Positions 49,249-63,600 of a stretch of DNA of 64,000 nt are shown piece after piece. Location: the NCBI GenBank assembly GCA_964276515.1, contig OZ193909.1, forward strand, positions 3,658,001 to 3,722,000. The letters are read 5' to 3'. Made by a program: the position numbers and the translations under genes. The stretch comes from Gordius albopunctatus (Eukaryota). Each line of letters starts with the position of its first letter. Within the stretch, counting starts at the first letter, position 1. Below the pieces are notes generated by a model. The model saw only the letters and a program-made list of their open reading frames with translations, made no database searches and had not been told where the DNA came from.

Positions 49249-50002
49249 ATATTCAATATTTCCTGGTTGTTTTGTTATTTAAAAGAATTGACTTTTCTAC
49301 TAATAGTCAATTTTCAGTAAAAATGTTGTTAAACATTTGATTTATATTTTAAACTTAATTTTGGCAATTTCGGACACAGATTTAGAAATAAAGTTGACAT
49401 ATATGGGGTGATAAACTATCGTCTCTATTGATAAAAAATGTTCTAACCCTTTCGTCACAGATATTAAATAAAAATAAGATTTTTTAATCAACTAACAAAT
49501 TTTTTATATATGATAATGTACATAAAAGCATATCTAGCCGCAAGCAATAGGAAAAATCATTATATTTGCCAATGCTTTTAACAGCATTCGAAGAGAAACC
49601 CTCATTAACACTTTTTTAGCTGTATCCACACAATTTTTAAATTACATTTTATTAAGCTATGGTTCTATAACCAAGCTTCGATTCGGCGAATACCTCATTG
49701 ACTCGTCCGAAGGCATCCAACAAGGAGATCCATTAGGCCCTCCTTTATTTTGTTTAGGCATTCATAATTCAGTCGAGGCTATATCATCTCAGTGTACCCT
49801 CGATTTAAATATTTTGTATCAACGACGCCACACTATTTGGCCGCCCGGAGGAGATTAGTAAAGCTCTAGAAATCATCAAAAACTTTGAACCCACTCTAAA
49901 TCTTAAATCATACTCGAAAAAATGTTAAATCTTTTAGGTTCCCAACACTATTGACTTTCCAGTTTTTGAAACATTTTTAGTTTTAGAGAGAGAAAACATA
50001 TA

Positions 50003-51220
50003 GGGAAGACCAGGGCTACTTTAGCCATAAAAAATTAAATCGCGTTTAAAAAAAACTAAAAACAATTTTTCCATTTTTTTTGTTGGAATATATTTTTAAG
50101 GTCTATTTTTACTATAGGAAAAATATTTGGAGGGAAATAAAAGTTTATCACAAATTAAGTTTAAAAAAACAAAAATCTAAAATATTTTGAAAATAACCGG
50201 ATCTAGTCATAGCCGTTAGATTTTTTTTAATGTATATATTGTTTATTTGAATGTAAGAACGTTATAAAAAACGAAGTGTTAAAATTCGAAAAATATAAGA
50301 GCGGGTAGAAAACAAAATAAAAAAATTATAATTAAAAAGCGTCGCATGTATCATATAATAAAAGTTTAAAATTGTACTTTGTTATTAAAATACCAATTTT
50401 TTGTTTAACTATAAAATTTGTGGAATATTTAGAGGGCGGGCAGCGACGGCTGATATCTTTAAAAGGCTTGATGGCGGCAGGACCAAAAGTCCCAGAACAT
50501 GAGGCAACGATAGGGGTAAAGATATTAGAGGGTAGGAGGGCTTCTGACGTTTTCACATCTTATAAGTTTATGCTAACTCAAATCAATAAAAATATTCTTT
50601 CATTATAAAAATGTAGAAAATACAAATGTAATATGATTGTATTTTATATAAAAGAAATAAAAATAGAGTCAAGATGATAATCTGACTTAAGAACACTCAA
50701 AAGGCGGATTTAGCAATGGAAAAAGACTTTTAGTCGTTTTATAATGTATAATCATAGTCTATTTCTATTCCAAATAACACTATGTTAGATTATTAAACAA
50801 AATTTTTTGTTTTTTAATAAAAAATGGCTAGCAATAGCCCCTCTCCGACTAGCCCCGACCCCTATTTTCATAAACAATTAAAAGTTTAAGATGTTATATT
50901 GCATATAAAAATTTAATCATTAGACAATTTTTATATAGAAATCTCCCTTTATAAGATAAAAGTTAAATACATCCAAAATATTCAGCCTAAAAAATTTTAT
51001 GTGCTAAATAAAAAATTTTGTAAAGGCTACTAATAGCCCCGAAAAATAGTTTTTTCTCAATATAAATTTTAAATTTTATTTTTTCTAAGCATATTTTTTT
51101 GCTTATGGCTTATGGAAAAATACACATATGGTTTAAATTTTGCTTTAATATCAATATTATTTTACAAAATAATTAGAAAGATAATAGTAACCCCGGGCTA
51201 CGACTAGCCCCGGTCTTTCC
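50003..51220. mobile_element. non-autonomous Tc1/mariner-pogo-type DNA transposon (TA TSD)
   Basis: Imperfect TIRs GGGAAGACCAGGGCTAC and reverse complement GGAAAGACCGGGGCTAG. TA at 50001-50002 and 51221-51222; internal (C)TAGCCC repeats. Removing it restores the CRE frame. Confidence 0.85.
50300..50560 (-). mobile_element. 3'-terminal fragment of a second CRE-like family inside the MITE
   Basis: ORF 50332-50556 (LLPSNIFTPIVASCSGTFG..KQKIGILITKYN) aligns by eye with the CRE C-terminus at 52020-52210 (LLASNIFITVVASCSCSFG..RQQLGIIILRYN). Confidence 0.75.
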
Positions 51221-53399
51221 TACCTTTTGGGATCATCCATTGGCGGCGAAAAATCTCTTTTAAATTTGCTTCATAAGAACCTCGAAATATTAAAATCTAA
51301 AACGGAACTTTTAAAATGCTTGCCTGCACATCACATTTTTTACTTAATCAAAAACTATTTCAACATTTAAAAGATTTATCATTGTTTTCGCTCATCTGCT
51401 GCATTTTGACACCAACACGTTTTAAAGTCGCACGAAGGCTTTTTAAAAACTTTATTAGAAAAAATTTAAAATTTAATACTAACAATCGGATTCAAGCATC
51501 CCTTCCAACCAAATATGGAGGATCAGGAATTCGTCCTGGCGGCAGCCTATCGCTAGCTGCTTTTATTTCCTCTTTTAAGTCAGTCCAAAACTCAATTTTT
51601 AATCTCACAACATATGATTCCGACCCTCTGTTAACTCAAGCCTTGGAGCTTTGGAATTTGAATGTGACACCAGAGACTATTTAACCTCAAAGTACGAGAC
51701 AAGATTGGGATTCTTGACTAGTATCGCGCTCCGTTGATTACCTTTTATCGAGCAGCGATGATGGCCAGCATTACAACCTTAGGTCCCTCGCTTTTTATGG
51801 TTCCAGTCACGAGTGGCTTGAAGCCTACCCATGCAATCCCCTCAATCCGTGAGCCGTTAGATCCCTCTCTTGAAGGTAGGATGCGCCCTGACAGTTCTTC
51901 TCTAGTCCCCTGGCAAAATAGCCTATCCCTCAAATGGGATTTTACTTGTATTGACATATTTGCCTCTTCCCATTTTAATTACGACCCTATCGCTGCAGCA
52001 AAAGGGCGTAAAACTACAAAGTACTTTGCCCTTTTGGCATCCAATATTTTTATCACTGTCGTTGCCTCGTGCTCCTGTTCTTTTGGTAAGCAGGTAATGG
52101 GGTTTTTTAAAGAAATCGGAAAACGCTCACCGAAATCTAAAATTTCTTAGTCCTTTTTACTCAGGCAACAACTAGGGATTATTATTCTACGATACAACTA
52201 TAAATCCTTTGCCGACTCATGGCCCATTTCAGGAGATCATGATATAGATCTATGTATCTAACTAATAGGTCTTTATTTATTTTTGTATTTAGCTTATTTA
52301 TGTAACTTTGTTTCATTAAAATAAACTTTTTAACCATAAAAATCATTATATTAGTCAGATTTTGATTGCCATGATCGATATTAGTTAGTCTTAAATAGTT
52401 TTGTGATACAGTGTCAAATATAATTCTATATTATTAGCCAGGTATGAAGAAGGTTATGCTCCCAAAAATTCGTTTAAATAAAAGGCATGTATTTTGTTGC
52501 CAAATTTTTTGGTAGACTCTTTTGATGAAATTTTGACTTTTGCATTCGTCTTTAATCTATCGATTCTTGCAGAATTGTTTATCAGTTATCTTTGGAGTTA
52601 ATTTGTTACGAGAAATTTCGATGGAAGGCATTAATATGTTCACAAATCACAATAAAGTAAAGTAATGGTTAATAAATCGCTATAACTAATTTCGCCATGA
52701 CTTTATTAGTTATCATGGCGTCAGGGGGTGGTAGGGAGGGGCAGCTGGCGCCCTCTAAATCCGAAAATACTTTAAAATTTCATAAAATTCTCATTTTGCC
52801 TCTCTTTAAACGTTATTGCCTCTAATGATGGTGTTAAGTAAGATATAATATTGATATGAGTTTATATCAGCAAGATTCATCCATATAATCCCATCTACAG
52901 AATAAAACTTTGGCGAACCTTTTAAGTTTGCGAGGACAAATAGAAGTTGACAATAAAGCGCGTCGCAATATAACATGACCAAGGTGAATTCGTTTCAAAT
53001 AAATATTTTAACGATTTTTTAGATACGAGTTAATTAAATAAAAGTTATTGGTAAGATTTTTTTCTCATAGATTCTTGATAACAGATCATAATAATAATAA
53101 GGTTCTAATTTTTTTTAAATAAATTATAATATTTGTATTTTATCATGATAAAATATTTTGTGTATACCAAAAAATGTCCTATTATAAAGCATACATCGAT
53201 AGCAATTAATATGGAAATTTATTAGTGTAAATAATATAAATTACACAAAGCTATAAGGGTATATGTAAAAAATAATAAGCCATGTTATGATATTTTTTGG
53301 GCGTTAAGTTGAAGCCATTCTTTTATTGGATCGGATGTTGACTTCTAGAAAAATAGAATAATATTTATTGGTTTCTTAATTTATTTAACTAATAGTTTT

Positions 53400-53960
53400 T
53401 ATGATGCTCTGAGATCAACAGCGAAACTTGTATAGCTTTCAACACACCCGATCTATAGTGAAACAAGTAGATACGGTGCACTTTTGAGGAATTTGATTTG
53501 CAAAATGCTCGACTCTGGTCTATTTTTAAAATTTCGACTAAGTCTAGAGGTCGACTAAGGAGAACAGACCAAAAAACCTTTGGTTTGTTTATGTTTAATC
53601 CACTAAAACCGAAGGTCGACCAAATAAAACCCACCCGTTTTTACTACACTACGCTAAAGAGACAAATTTGACAATCGTCTTAGTTTTCCATCTCAAATGA
53701 TTAGCCATTTTTTATGCTGATTTATGAGAACAGGTATATTAGCTCAAGATATTCCATGCATTACATTTTGACATCGATCCCCAGCATAGCCATCTAGGCA
53801 TATGCATTCGCCTTCAATGTTGCAGTCGTTACGTCCGTAGGCGTTAATGCAATTTTTCGGGCATTCTAGATTTATACAAAATTAGTATAAATACGTAAAA
53901 TAATGTATATAATATTCGGTAAATCAAAAATATTTAGTTGAGCACTAAACTCATAAGAAT
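53400..53960 (-). pseudogene. degraded EGF/DSL-like cysteine-rich coding fragment
   Basis: Minus strand ~53873-53760 reads NLECPKNCINAYGRNDCNIEGECICLDGYAGDRCQN, with further Cys-rich broken frames downstream. Confidence 0.45.
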
Positions 53961-54451
53961 CATATAAAATGTTCTTTTAAATTAAGATAATCTTTGAAGC
54001 ATACCAGTAGCTTGTGGGAAGAATATCGAGATCATATTTTTAATAATGTATCAAGGTGTTTTAACACTTTTAGAGACACATTGGTATCAGTGCCAGAAAC
54101 CTCGCTGTATATTAGTATTGTTATTGTATAAAAGAATGTTACTAATTTCGTTTTTTTCTTAAATGAAAAACTTTTTTATCTGAAGTATCAATAACAAAAT
54201 TTACCATTCTAAGAGCATTTGTAATTAATACAGACTTAGAATGGAAGACGTTGAATCTAGCGGAAGCATCCCAACAACATTACGTAAAAAGCTCATTTTT
54301 TTGGAATAATCTAAAAAGTTATTTCCATATGTTAATAGATTTATAAGGTTCCCCTAGAAATAATTTAAAGACTTTTAAACTTATAGGTCAATCAGAAATG
54401 GTTGAAAACGCATGTTATTGTCACTTTAATTAAGCTGTGGCGATTTCGATG

Positions 54452-54651
54452 NNNNNNNNNNNNNNNNNNNNNNNNNNNNNNNNNNNNNNNNNNNNNNNNN
54501 NNNNNNNNNNNNNNNNNNNNNNNNNNNNNNNNNNNNNNNNNNNNNNNNNNNNNNNNNNNNNNNNNNNNNNNNNNNNNNNNNNNNNNNNNNNNNNNNNNNN
54601 NNNNNNNNNNNNNNNNNNNNNNNNNNNNNNNNNNNNNNNNNNNNNNNNNNN
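54452..54651. other. assembly gap (200 N)
   Basis: Run of exactly 200 N. Confidence 0.99.
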
Positions 54652-57600
54652 TAACTCTTTGCTATGTGTCTGTCATTTGTATATGATCTAACTTTTTCAT
54701 ATTTATATCTCCTTCATTAATGATCATGTTGTGGTTACTATACCTATTGTGGCAGAGAGCCTTTAAAAAAAAAAGAGGAAGTAAAAAGAGATGTATGAGT
54801 TGAGAAATTGTATTTCTCACTATCACGATTTCGCAGAATATTATGTACAAAATCGTAACATAAGAATTGTATTACGCACTTCGGGTATAATATAGTGTCG
54901 CGGAAGTGAAGAATTAATATGTATGTTGCAATATTTATATATTGGTATGCTGTATATGACTCATTCACTTAAAAAAAAAAGAAAATAAAAAAAAATAATA
55001 ATAAAAAAAAAATAAATAAAAAAAAAATAATAAAAAAAAAAAATAAATAATGTAAAGTATCAAAGGTGAAGTGAGGTATTATTGCGATGTTGTATGTGTA
55101 CTTGGATAGTATTTCGGTGTTATATCAGTTGTTTTATACGGATGGATTATAGTATTTCCGTTTTATATTCATTTTCTCATATTTCTATTGTATAATTATA
55201 GTCGTGTATGTTTACTTTATTTTTATATTCTCATATTTTTATTGTGTATTTATATTCTCATATTGGTATTGGGTATTTTTATGCTCATTCGGTTTATATA
55301 TTACTTATGCCACATTGTTCGGGTAGCTGTAGTGTGTTGTCGATGTAAAACTGTAAAGACATGTAACGATGGATTTGAAATATCGTGGCTGGGTTGAGAT
55401 GTATATCAGGAAAGATATATGAATATTGTAATCTTTTTATTGTGGACTTATACTCGTATGAGTTATTGAGAGAAAGCGTCTAAGGATGTATAACGTCAAA
55501 GGGGAAATAGCAAGGTTGTATTCAAATGTTATTACGGAAATTGTGAATATCGCTATTGTTATTACGCGGAGTGTCCGTATAAAAATATAGTGTATTATTG
55601 TAGTCGGTGTATATCGCGCGCAGTTATTAGTGTATAAATATTTGGGAGGGCGTAGTAACCTAAAGACGGAATCACGTCGGAACTATGGGTATCGGAATTG
55701 GGGCGAGCAAAGAAAAGGGAAAAGAGTAAAAAAGGGAGATGTCATATATGTCACATATTGATTCTTTGAAGAGGAGCAACGAGAGGTGCGGCATATGGGG
55801 AGTCGTGAAAGACGATCAACCAGAGGCGCAGGGTAATTACCAGGTGCGGGACGATAGCAAGTGAGAGACAAAATAAATCTAGGAAGAGTAACGGGAAGGA
55901 CGCAAAGGAGAATAACAACTGGCGCGGGACACACAAAGAGAGTATTATCAGAGGCAATAACAACTGGTGGAAGGAATGACAACTGGTGCAAGACACGAGA
56001 AGAAAAGAAGTGTATCCGAATAAAAGGGGACATCGGCGCACATACAATATCAATTAATAAATTTTCTTGGATATAAATCGTTTGTGGCATAATTTTTACT
56101 GGAAATAAAATATTTATCGGAAGTACGAATTATTCTCAGACCTAATATTGGACTGACGGTTTATTCGAGGACGAATTATTCTCTGACATAATTTTGGAGT
56201 GACGGTTTAGTCACGGACATAATAGTCATAAAATAAAATACGCCTGCTTTCATTTAAAGTGTACAATTATATGTTCTTGATCCTTTGATAATGCCACTTT
56301 TATTGTTGTTTTACGTTATAATATGTGCAACTAATTATCAATTCTTTAAATAATATTATTATCATTAAAAATCACTGTCATTTTGTGGATTATAACGCTA
56401 TAAGTAAGTCAAATATAGGTGAACTTATAAATTTTCAAGTCTTTTACATTTGACAGACACGGTGAATTAGATAAAATGTTGAATTTGCTGGAACTATAAA
56501 TTCGACTTTATATACATCAAAATTATTTATAGTTTATTTTTGATTTGCACTTTCCATAGAAAGTTTTATCTGTATGAATTAGTTCATATCTTTATTTTGT
56601 CAATGAAATGTCGTGTCGTGTTAGATATTTAAGAAGTTTGTGTATTTAGGTTCTTAGAAAAATATAAAAAGTTTTCCATTTGGATTTTTTTATCACTTAT
56701 TTAATATTTTTAACAAAATATAAGAAATTTTAATTTTGTATAAATTTTTTATAAAATAAAACGAGAGAAGTCGAGAATTCTCGTCGAGACGTGATCGAGA
56801 TTTTTCTAAACCGAGGCGAGATCTTGTGAAAGGGTTTTGTTGAATTTATTATAAGAAGGAGATTATCCACTGTTTTAATGAATTTTTTGAAACAAACTTA
56901 TTCTTCTCTATGACATTAAAAGATTGCACCTTTTAAAATCAATGAGGCTATTTATCAAGTCTATCCTGTTTACTTATACTTTAAGGATGTCGCTGAGCTC
57001 TTTATTTAGATACTGACCCCATGAAAAATCATTCACGGTTATTGAGATAATTTTTTTAAAGATCGACATGTTCATTACATTACTCTGCTTCGGTGAGTTT
57101 TTAATTTTTAATTCAAAAATTATTATGTTATAAATTAACACACAGGTCATTAGTAAGCATCAAAATGGACCAAAATTACGTATTTTCACCGTTTAACCTT
57201 AAAATTGCCATGTACATATATACGCGGCGGGAACTAGGGATGAAACCTGCTACGCTGAACTAGGAAATATTTCGCAGCAGTCTTTCACACACGATTACAT
57301 TAGAAGGTAGTCAGGTTTTTGAGCAAATACCAAGACTACGAAAACGATGCAACCAAAATTAAAATATTAAATTAGCTATTTGTCAATAATAGAATGACTA
57401 TACATCCAAATTATGCTAACGCCGTAAAGAAAATATTTGGGGCCTTGGGGACCCCGACTAGTTACAATTCACCAGATTGAACTATTAAAGCCATCCATTG
57501 ATGGCTCAGGCTACTCGTAACAAAATTCGGGATTTTTTTCCCCCGGAGATATTACAAGCAACAATCTTATAGCTTCTGTCAGCACTCTCTATTTTAAAGG

Positions 57601-60600
57601 ACTGTGGGAGGTTCCGTTTGATAAGAGCTAATTTTTTAAGTCCACTTTATATTTTCTAATTAATTTTTGAAGATGAACGACTCAGCAAAATTTTCATACA
57701 GAAGACGGTCGATATGTCTTAACACCCGTGATGAATATAGCTTAATTAGAGATCGAACAATATACAGACATGAGAGATTTGGCCAATTATTTAATCTTGA
57801 ATCACAAAGAGACCAAATTCAAAACGGTCCTAATTCTTCCCAATTCCAAATCAACGTTAAAAGCACTCAAATACAAACTTTTTATGGATCCTAATATATT
57901 AGAGAATGCACTCAAGAAAGCTTCCATCAAAATTCCTAACATCTCCATACCCCTGATTGATTGTAAAACAAACTTGCAGATAGTATCGAGGTTGTTTCCA
58001 ATAATGGTAATTTAGGATTGATAAAATGGGAGGGTGGAAATGGGTTTACATATTTCGGTCGTCCAGCGACCATTATCAATAAAAAAAAGGGTAAATTACA
58101 AGTGATGTGGATTACAAATAAGGAACGAAGGACGATTTGATAATGGTCGCTGGACGACCGAAATATCTAAACCCATTTCCACCCTCCCATTTTATCAATC
58201 CTAAATTACCATTAGTGGAAACAAATTGGATACTACATAATGGATTGGTATTACATAATTATATTAAACTTGCAGATGAACACGATATTGGCGAATTCTA
58301 ATCTAAGTTGCATCTTTAAGTAACTATCGATATATATTTGGAGATGAATTTTATGTATAAATGTATATAACTGAACTTCCATTATGCATGTTTCCAGCCA
58401 TGGTTTGAACAATATCGTCAAATCACAAGCCTTGTCGTTGGATAAAATGGTTCATAAAGTCAATTTTCAAATGAACGAAAAAGGAAGTAAAGGGGCAGCG
58501 GCCACTGGTGGAGCCCTCGAAGATAGAGCATTTGACAATATGTTTTTTAATAGACCGTTCTTGCATTTACTAATCGAAGCTGAGTCTGGAAATGTTTTAT
58601 TTCCGGGAAGATATTCAAGCCCAGATTAACGGCGATCGACCGAGACGCATTATGATGCATTTTTTTGAAATTTATAATCAAAAATATATGTAACACAAAA
58701 TTAGTTTAGATGATTGCATACATTTAAATATTATAGAAATGTTCTATTTATATATAACGCTTAGCCATCATATAGGTTAACAAGTGAGGAAGAATTGAAA
58801 AAAACTTCTGGTGAGCCACAGTGAAAATCAAGATTAGCAAAGTAAAATCGCCGAAAAAAGACACACTTTTGAAAGTTTAAGGATTTTTACCATTCTTTAT
58901 AGGTGATTGAGAAGCATGCCTTTTGAAAATAAAAATCCCAGCGAATAAGATACTCGATATTATTATGGTAATTATAATCTTATTATTATATTTAAATCAT
59001 ATTCAGTAATTTTGTAAGAAATTTTTATATATTTTTTATATCCGCACTTTCTATCCTTTATTTCCTACTATTAAAAATGTACAAAATGTGTAATAACAAC
59101 TAATAACGATCAACCAATCGAATGATGATTTCTAGAAAATAAATGTAAGTATTAATGTAAGTGTTGGACGATGGCTGTGAGAAATTGCCGTTAAATTAAT
59201 CCGCTAGAATGAGCGACGACTACGAGTAAATTTAAGGTAATGAGTAAGGGGGACCGTTTGGTTCTTCCTTCATGCTACCGCTTGACCCACGAGATTCAAA
59301 GATGAAAAATAAAATATCCCCCCCCCCGCACCACAGGACTAACGAGTAGAAAAATAAATATATGATTGTATCATGGTCAAATGCCCGCTATTTACACCTT
59401 GTCGATGCACTTCTCATTTGCATGAGGGATGCCGACAGTTCCATGTACTGCACATCTCCACTAATATGAGGCATGCTTTTTATATATTTGCCTGCTTATA
59501 ATTAGTGCCCATTATTCACATAACTAATTTTAGTTGGCAAGATACAACAGGCTATCCTTCCTAGCTCATTTGCATAAGCGAGTAAGTAAAGTGATTCAAC
59601 TAAAACTACAACAATATTCAATATTTCCTGGTTGTTTTGTTATTTAAAAGAATTGACTTTTCTACTAATAGTCAATTTTCAGTAAAAATGTTGTTAAACA
59701 TTTGATTTATATTTTAAACTTAATTTTGGCAATTTCGGACACAGATTTAGAAATAAAGTTGACATATATGGGGTGATAAACTATCGTCTCTATTGATAAA
59801 AAATGTTCTAACCCTTTCGTCACAGATATTAAATAAAAATAAGATTTTTTAATCAACTAACAAATTTTTTATATATGATAATGTACATAAAAGCATATCT
59901 AGCCGCAAGCAATAGGAAAAATCATTATATTTGCCAATGCTTTTAACAGCATTCGAAGAGAAACCCTCATTAACACTTTTTTAGCTGTATCCACACAATT
60001 TTTAAATTACATTTTATTAAGCTATGGTTCTATAACCAAGCTTCGATTCGGCGAATACCTCATTGACTCGTCCGAAGGCATCCAACAAGGAGATCCATTA
60101 GGCCCTCCTTTATTTTGTTTAGGCATTCATAATTCAGTCGAGGCTATATCATCTCAGTGTACCCTCGATTTAAATATTTTGTATCAACGACGCCACACTA
60201 TTTGGCCGCCCGGAGGAGATTAGTAAAGCTCTAGAAATCATCAAAAACTTTGAACCCACTCTAAATCTTAAATCATACTCGAAAAAATGTTAAATCTTTT
60301 AGGTTCCCAACACTATTGACTTTCCAGTTTTTGAAACATTTTTAGTTTTAGAGAGAGAAAACATATAGGGAAGACCAGGGCTACTTTAGCCATAAAAAAT
60401 TAAATCGCGTTTAAAAAAAACTAAAAACAATTTTTCCATTTTTTTTGTTGGAATATATTTTTAAGGTCTATTTTTACTATAGGAAAAATATTTGGAGGGA
60501 AATAAAAGTTTATCACAAATTAAGTTTAAAAAAACAAAAATCTAAAATATTTTGAAAATAACCGGATCTAGTCATAGCCGTTAGATTTTTTTTAATGTAT

Positions 60601-63600
60601 ATATTGTTTATTTGAATGTAAGAACGTTATAAAAAACGAAGTGTTAAAATTCGAAAAATATAAGAGCGGGTAGAAAACAAAATAAAAAAATTATAATTAA
60701 AAAGCGTCGCATGTATCATATAATAAAAGTTTAAAATTGTACTTTGTTATTAAAATACCAATTTTTTGTTTAACTATAAAATTTGTGGAATATTTAGAGG
60801 GCGGGCAGCGACGGCTGATATCTTTAAAAGGCTTGATGGCGGCAGGACCAAAAGTCCCAGAACATGAGGCAACGATAGGGGTAAAGATATTAGAGGGTAG
60901 GAGGGCTTCTGACGTTTTCACATCTTATAAGTTTATGCTAACTCAAATCAATAAAAATATTCTTTCATTATAAAAATGTAGAAAATACAAATGTAATATG
61001 ATTGTATTTTATATAAAAGAAATAAAAATAGAGTCAAGATGATAATCTGACTTAAGAACACTCAAAAGGCGGATTTAGCAATGGAAAAAGACTTTTAGTC
61101 GTTTTATAATGTATAATCATAGTCTATTTCTATTCCAAATAACACTATGTTAGATTATTAAACAAAATTTTTTGTTTTTTAATAAAAAATGGCTAGCAAT
61201 AGCCCCTCTCCGACTAGCCCCGACCCCTATTTTCATAAACAATTAAAAGTTTAAGATGTTATATTGCATATAAAAATTTAATCATTAGACAATTTTTATA
61301 TAGAAATCTCCCTTTATAAGATAAAAGTTAAATACATCCAAAATATTCAGCCTAAAAAATTTTATGTGCTAAATAAAAAATTTTGTAAAGGCTACTAATA
61401 GCCCCGAAAAATAGTTTTTTCTCAATATAAATTTTAAATTTTATTTTTTCTAAGCATATTTTTTTGCTTATGGCTTATGGAAAAATACACATATGGTTTA
61501 AATTTTGCTTTAATATCAATATTATTTTACAAAATAATTAGAAAGATAATAGTAACCCCGGGCTACGACTAGCCCCGGTCTTTCCTACCTTTTGGGATCA
61601 TCCATTGGCGGCGAAAAATCTCTTTTAAATTTGCTTCATAAGAACCTCGAAATATTAAAATCTAAAACGGAACTTTTAAAATGCTTGCCTGCACATCACA
61701 TTTTTTACTTAATCAAAAACTATTTCAACATTTAAAAGATTTATCATTGTTTTCGCTCATCTGCTGCATTTTGACACCAACACGTTTTAAAGTCGCACGA
61801 AGGCTTTTTAAAAACTTTATTAGAAAAAATTTAAAATTTAATACTAACAATCGGATTCAAGCATCCCTTCCAACCAAATATGGAGGATCAGGAATTCGTC
61901 CTGGCGGCAGCCTATCGCTAGCTGCTTTTATTTCCTCTTTTAAGTCAGTCCAAAACTCAATTTTTAATCTCACAACATATGATTCCGACCCTCTGTTAAC
62001 TCAAGCCTTGGAGCTTTGGAATTTGAATGTGACACCAGAGACTATTTAACCTCAAAGTACGAGACAAGATTGGGATTCTTGACTAGTATCGCGCTCCGTT
62101 GATTACCTTTTATCGAGCAGCGATGATGGCCAGCATTACAACCTTAGGTCCCTCGCTTTTTATGGTTCCAGTCACGAGTGGCTTGAAGCCTACCCATGCA
62201 ATCCCCTCAATCCGTGAGCCGTTAGATCCCTCTCTTGAAGGTAGGATGCGCCCTGACAGTTCTTCTCTAGTCCCCTGGCAAAATAGCCTATCCCTCAAAT
62301 GGGATTTTACTTGTATTGACATATTTGCCTCTTCCCATTTTAATTACGACCCTATCGCTGCAGCAAAAGGGCGTAAAACTACAAAGTACTTTGCCCTTTT
62401 GGCATCCAATATTTTTATCACTGTCGTTGCCTCGTGCTCCTGTTCTTTTGGTAAGCAGGTAATGGGGTTTTTTAAAGAAATCGGAAAACGCTCACCGAAA
62501 TCTAAAATTTCTTAGTCCTTTTTACTCAGGCAACAACTAGGGATTATTATTCTACGATACAACTATAAATCCTTTGCCGACTCATGGCCCATTTCAGGAG
62601 ATCATGATATAGATCTATGTATCTAACTAATAGGTCTTTATTTATTTTTGTATTTAGCTTATTTATGTAACTTTGTTTCATTAAAATAAACTTTTTAACC
62701 ATAAAAATCATTATATTAGTCAGATTTTGATTGCCATGATCGATATTAGTTAGTCTTAAATAGTTTTGTGATACAGTGTCAAATATAATTCTATATTATT
62801 AGCCAGGTATGAAGAAGGTTATGCTCCCAAAAATTCGTTTAAATAAAAGGCATGTATTTTGTTGCCAAATTTTTTGGTAGACTCTTTTGATGAAATTTTG
62901 ACTTTTGCATTCGTCTTTAATCTATCGATTCTTGCAGAATTGTTTATCAGTTATCTTTGGAGTTAATTTGTTACGAGAAATTTCGATGGAAGGCATTAAT
63001 ATGTTCACAAATCACAATAAAGTAAAGTAATGGTTAATAAATCGCTATAACTAATTTCGCCATGACTTTATTAGTTATCATGGCGTCAGGGGGTGGTAGG
63101 GAGGGGCAGCTGGCGCCCTCTAAATCCGAAAATACTTTAAAATTTCATAAAATTCTCATTTTGCCTCTCTTTAAACGTTATTGCCTCTAATGATGGTGTT
63201 AAGTAAGATATAATATTGATATGAGTTTATATCAGCAAGATTCATCCATATAATCCCATCTACAGAATAAAACTTTGGCGAACCTTTTAAGTTTGCGAGG
63301 ACAAATAGAAGTTGACAATAAAGCGCGTCGCAATATAACATGACCAAGGTGAATTCGTTTCAAATAAATATTTTAACGATTTTTTAGATACGAGTTAATT
63401 AAATAAAAGTTATTGGTAAGATTTTTTTCTCATAGATTCTTGATAACAGATCATAATAATAATAAGGTTCTAATTTTTTTTAAATAAATTATAATATTTG
63501 TATTTTATCATGATAAAATATTTTGTGTATACCAAAAAATGTCCTATTATAAAGCATACATCGATAGCAATTAATATGGAAATTTATTAGTGTAAATAAT

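Larger units (their letters stand above)
49520..52330 (+). mobile_element. CRE-like non-LTR retrotransposon, 5'-truncated and degraded (RT + RLE), interrupted by a MITE
   Basis: FANAFNSIRRE; GIQQGDPLGPPLFCLGI; ENI|YLLGSSIG across the MITE; QASLPTKYGGSGIR; RPD..PW..WDFTCID..RKTTKY (RLE-like). Confidence 0.82.

Noticed and set aside
54402..54691. ORFs spanning the N run
   Set aside because: Artefacts of translating the gap.
57068..58629. Third serpin copy as a real tandem paralog
   Set aside because: Part of the apparently identical block next to the gap; probably an assembly duplicate.
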